Shown here in pieces: positions 61,045-64,000 of a stretch of 64,000 bases of DNA. Under the pieces are notes generated by a model. It made no database searches, was not told where the DNA came from, and worked only from the letters and a program-made list of their open reading frames with translations. Position 1 is the stretch's first letter. The number at the start of each line of letters is the position of its first letter. The stretch comes from a virus: the IMG/VR virus record IMGVR_UViG_3300030693_000013; one strand, 5' to 3'. Position numbers and translations under genes: made by a program.

Positions 61045-61998
61045 ATGGCCGCGTTTTTGAAGAAGAATGAGAAAGCCGCCGACTTCGCCAAGGGTGGCAC
61101 CACCCCGATGTTCGGCAAGGGCGATCGCACCACGACCGCTCCGAGCGATGCCGCTGGCACCGCGACCCCCGGCGAGACGTACAAGGACCCCGAAAATAGC
61201 GGGGACAAGTTCGCCAAGGGCGGCTCGACCAAGATGTTCGGCTACGAAGGCGCCGTTCCCGCGTCCGCTGGTCAAACCGGCGCGCGCTAATGGCCGCGAT
61301 CAGCCCCATGGGCCCCGCGATCCGGAAGATGGCGCCGAAGATCGGCAACGTCTCCAAGGTCGGTGAAACGGGCGCAGCTCCGAAGCCCCGCGGTATTCCC
61401 AAAAAGAATACCCGGGACTACGGCAAAGGCGTGCCGCAAGTGGCCTCCCCCGCATCACCCCCTGCCGATCCCTTCGGCATGACGACTGGCTCTGCGAACG
61501 AGCTGGGAGGCATCTGATGTTCAAGAAGCACATGACACCGCTCAAGGTCGGGGGCTCTAAGCCCAGCGCCCTCGACAACACGCCCGACAAGGGCTCCAGC
61601 CAGCGCGAGCTGCCGGGAGCAGCCACCGGTGGTGGACCCGCATCATTCCAGTCCTACGGCAAAGCAACCCCAATGGCTCAGCCGGCCCCAGCGAACACCG
61701 ACCTTGGGTCGGGAAGCTGGTCGGGCGACGGGATCGCATGACGCCGACAGCCGTACTCGCCCAATGTGCCCTTCGCCTTCGCGCTGCCAGCCCGAAGGAC
61801 TGGGACGCTTTTGTCGAAGTTTTCGACGCCTATTCAACCGAAATTACTGTGGCAGTAGTGAGCGCGCCACAGGATCAAGTCCTCGTCGCTCAAGGAAAAG
61901 CCCAGGCGTTTCTGCACCTGCTTGACACGTTCAGATACTGCCAGCTTCGCGCCCAACCGCCAGCTAAACCGCCCTCTGCGCCTGTAACAGGCCCATAG
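61045..61998 (+). CDS. Four small head-region genes (61045-61290, 61290-61517, 61517-61741, 61738-61998)
   Basis: Translationally coupled; the first has two FAKGG...MFG repeats. Confidence 0.6.
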
Positions 61999-62019
61999 CG
62001 CAAACACGGAGTTACGCAT

Positions 62020-63153
62020 ATGCCATCTGAGAACCAGCAACTCGCCGACGGTTCAATCGATCCGAACGTCCGCATCCCCGAACACGTCAAAGCCGCTGCC
62101 GCCAATGTGGATAAACTCCATGAACAGTTTTATCCGAAGGACCCCAACCAGTCGGCTGCTCCCCTCAAGGAAGCTATCCCACAACCAGATCAAGCTGCGC
62201 CGGACCCTGCTCTTGCGGCGGCTGCGGCAGCTCAAGCCGAAGCCGATCGCGTAGCCGCTGAGAAAGCTGCCGCGCAGGCACAAACTCAGAACACCGCGGC
62301 CGTGGCGCAACCGGCCGACAACGACGTCTCTGCCGACGCATGGAAGCATCGCTTCCTGTCGATGCAGGGTCGCTTCAACGCCCAGGTCAAGGCCAACGGC
62401 GCCATGGAGGAGCAGATGCGCCAGCTCGCGCGCGAGCTGATGACCACGCAGTCGCTCCTTGCTGCCGCCCAGCAAGCCCCGCCTCTGGAGCAAAATAGTC
62501 GTCGTGATCACGGAAAGTTGATCACGGAAGAGGACCGAAACACCTACGGCGACGACTTCTTGGACGTCGCGCAGCGGGCTGCACGGGCCGCAATTGCCCC
62601 CGAATTGGAAGATTTGAGGGCCCAAAACCAGTCCCTGCAAAAGACCGTAAACTCTTCTGTCAAAAGGGATTTGTTCGCTTCGGTTGCCCAGACGATCCCG
62701 AACTGGCGCCAGATCAACGCGACCACCCAGTGGAAAGCGTGGCTGGCTTTACGGAATATTTACACAGGCGAGGTACGACAACAGATATTGAACAAGGCAC
62801 TCAGCGGCGCAGATGCCCCGAAGATCGTCGCTTTGTTCAAAGACTTCCTCGCGGAAGCAAACGCCACGGGCTCGTACAATCCAGCGCCGCAAGAGCGACA
62901 GCAGCAAGACCCTAATCTTGTTCCTCCTCGCCAAGCAGCAGTCTCTCTGGACACGTTAGCAGCTCCTGGCAGGGCAAGGCCGGCACCCGGTGATACAGGG
63001 ATGCCCGCGAACAAGCCAACTTACACCCGCGCACAAATCAGCAAATTCTACGATGATAGTCGCAAGGGGCTCTATGCCGGTCGTGAAGACCTGTATCGCG
63101 CCACCGAAGCCGACCTCACCGCGGCACAAGCTGAAGGGCGCATCCGAGGTTAA
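62020..63153 (+). CDS. Putative capsid scaffolding protein
   Basis: Coiled-coil protein directly upstream of the capsid gene; C-terminal AQAEGRIRG. Confidence 0.7.
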   Translation: MPSENQQLADGSIDPNVRIPEHVKAAAANVDKLHEQFYPKDPNQSAAPLKEAIPQPDQAAPDPALAAAAAAQAEADRVAAEKAAAQAQTQNTAAVAQPADNDVSADAWKHRFLSMQGRFNAQVKANGAMEEQMRQLARELMTTQSLLAAAQQAPPLEQNSRRDHGKLITEEDRNTYGDDFLDVAQRAARAAIAPELEDLRAQNQSLQKTVNSSVKRDLFASVAQTIPNWRQINATTQWKAWLALRNIYTGEVRQQILNKALSGADAPKIVALFKDFLAEANATGSYNPAPQERQQQDPNLVPPRQAAVSLDTLAAPGRARPAPGDTGMPANKPTYTRAQISKFYDDSRKGLYAGREDLYRATEADLTAAQAEGRIRG

Positions 63154-63209
63154 TCCCGGGGCTTGTCGCATCAACGATCGAAAGCCCCCAACGTTCGAGG
63201 GCTTTCGCT

Positions 63210-64000
63210 ATGTCCATTCCTTCAGCAGGTTTTCCCGGCGCAACTGCCGGCTCCTCGCCCGCGATCTACCCAGTAGGTAGCTCGGGCAACAACCTCCAAG
63301 CCACCGGTTTCATTCCCGAAATCTGGTCTGGCAAGCTGGTTGAGAAATTCTATGCCTCGACCGTCCTGGCCGCGATCTCGAACACCGACTACGAAGGTGA
63401 GATCAAGAACAAGGGCGATCGCGTCAAAATTCGTACGAAGCCGACCATCTCCATCCACAACTACGACAGCGACGGTTTGCTCGGTCTTGACCGACCGACC
63501 GGCGGCACCGTCGAGCTGTACATCGGGAACGGCAAGTACTTCTCCCTGATCCTCGACGACGTCATGGAAATTCAGTCGGACCTGAATATCCTGTCGATGT
63601 GGTCGGACGACGCTGCGCAGCAGCTCAAGATCACCGTTGACAGCGACGTCCTCTCGGGCATCGTCGGCAACATGGTCGCTGCCAACCAGGGTCTGACCGC
63701 TGGTGCGATCACCGGCAACATCAACCTCGGCGTTCAAGGCACCCCGCTCTCGGTCGTGTCGAAGAACCCCGGCGTGGGTGACATCGAAATCTTGGACGTG
63801 CTGATGCGCATGGGCCAAGTGCTCGACGAGCAGAACATCCCCGAAGTCGGGCGATGGGTTGTCATGCCGTCCTGGGCGGGCCGCATGATCAAGCAGTCGG
63901 AACTTCGTCAGGCCTATCTGTCTGGCGACAGCGTCTCGATGCTGCGCAACGGCCGCCTCGGCATGGTCGATCGTTTCACGATCTACGTGTCGAACTTGCT
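63210..64000 (+). CDS. Major capsid protein (truncated at window end)
   Basis: Read manually: MSIPS...FIPEIWSGKLVEKFY...NTDYEGEIKNKGDRVKI...GRWVVMP...NGRLGMVDRFTIYVSN. Confidence 0.9.
   Translation, partial: MSIPSAGFPGATAGSSPAIYPVGSSGNNLQATGFIPEIWSGKLVEKFYASTVLAAISNTDYEGEIKNKGDRVKIRTKPTISIHNYDSDGLLGLDRPTGGTVELYIGNGKYFSLILDDVMEIQSDLNILSMWSDDAAQQLKITVDSDVLSGIVGNMVAANQGLTAGAITGNINLGVQGTPLSVVSKNPGVGDIEILDVLMRMGQVLDEQNIPEVGRWVVMPSWAGRMIKQSELRQAYLSGDSVSMLRNGRLGMVDRFTIYVSNL

Overview
The whole window is a tailed dsDNA phage genome (or most of a circularly permuted one). It has a podovirus-like gene set: terminase, portal, scaffold, capsid, tail/ejection proteins and no tape-measure or sheath gene that I could recognise. 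The host is probably an alphaproteobacterium (high GC, CtrA-type boxes, a Rhizobiales-like secreted gene). Layout: + strand fibre, lysis, tail and ejection genes (1-23504); - strand replication, nucleotide-metabolism and early genes (23501-45287); an AT-rich divergent control region (about 45460-45930); then + strand regulators, packaging and head genes, ending in a truncated major capsid gene. I found no integrase, tRNA, rRNA or CRISPR array. The main unexplained signals are four. (1) Six G-X-T collagen-like virion genes, three of them just upstream of a GT2-TPR glycosyltransferase, an HtrL-like protein and an O-methyltransferase, suggesting a self-encoded fibre glycosylation system. (2) A 13-bp palindrome, TACTG-N3-CAGTA, in 14 perfect and 6 near-perfect copies across the genome, written into coding sequence with rare codons. 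(3) CtrA-type boxes upstream of late genes, plus a phage-encoded CtrA-like winged-helix protein. (4) An RNA polymerase alpha-CTD mimic. All product calls come from motifs recognised by eye; no database search was run.
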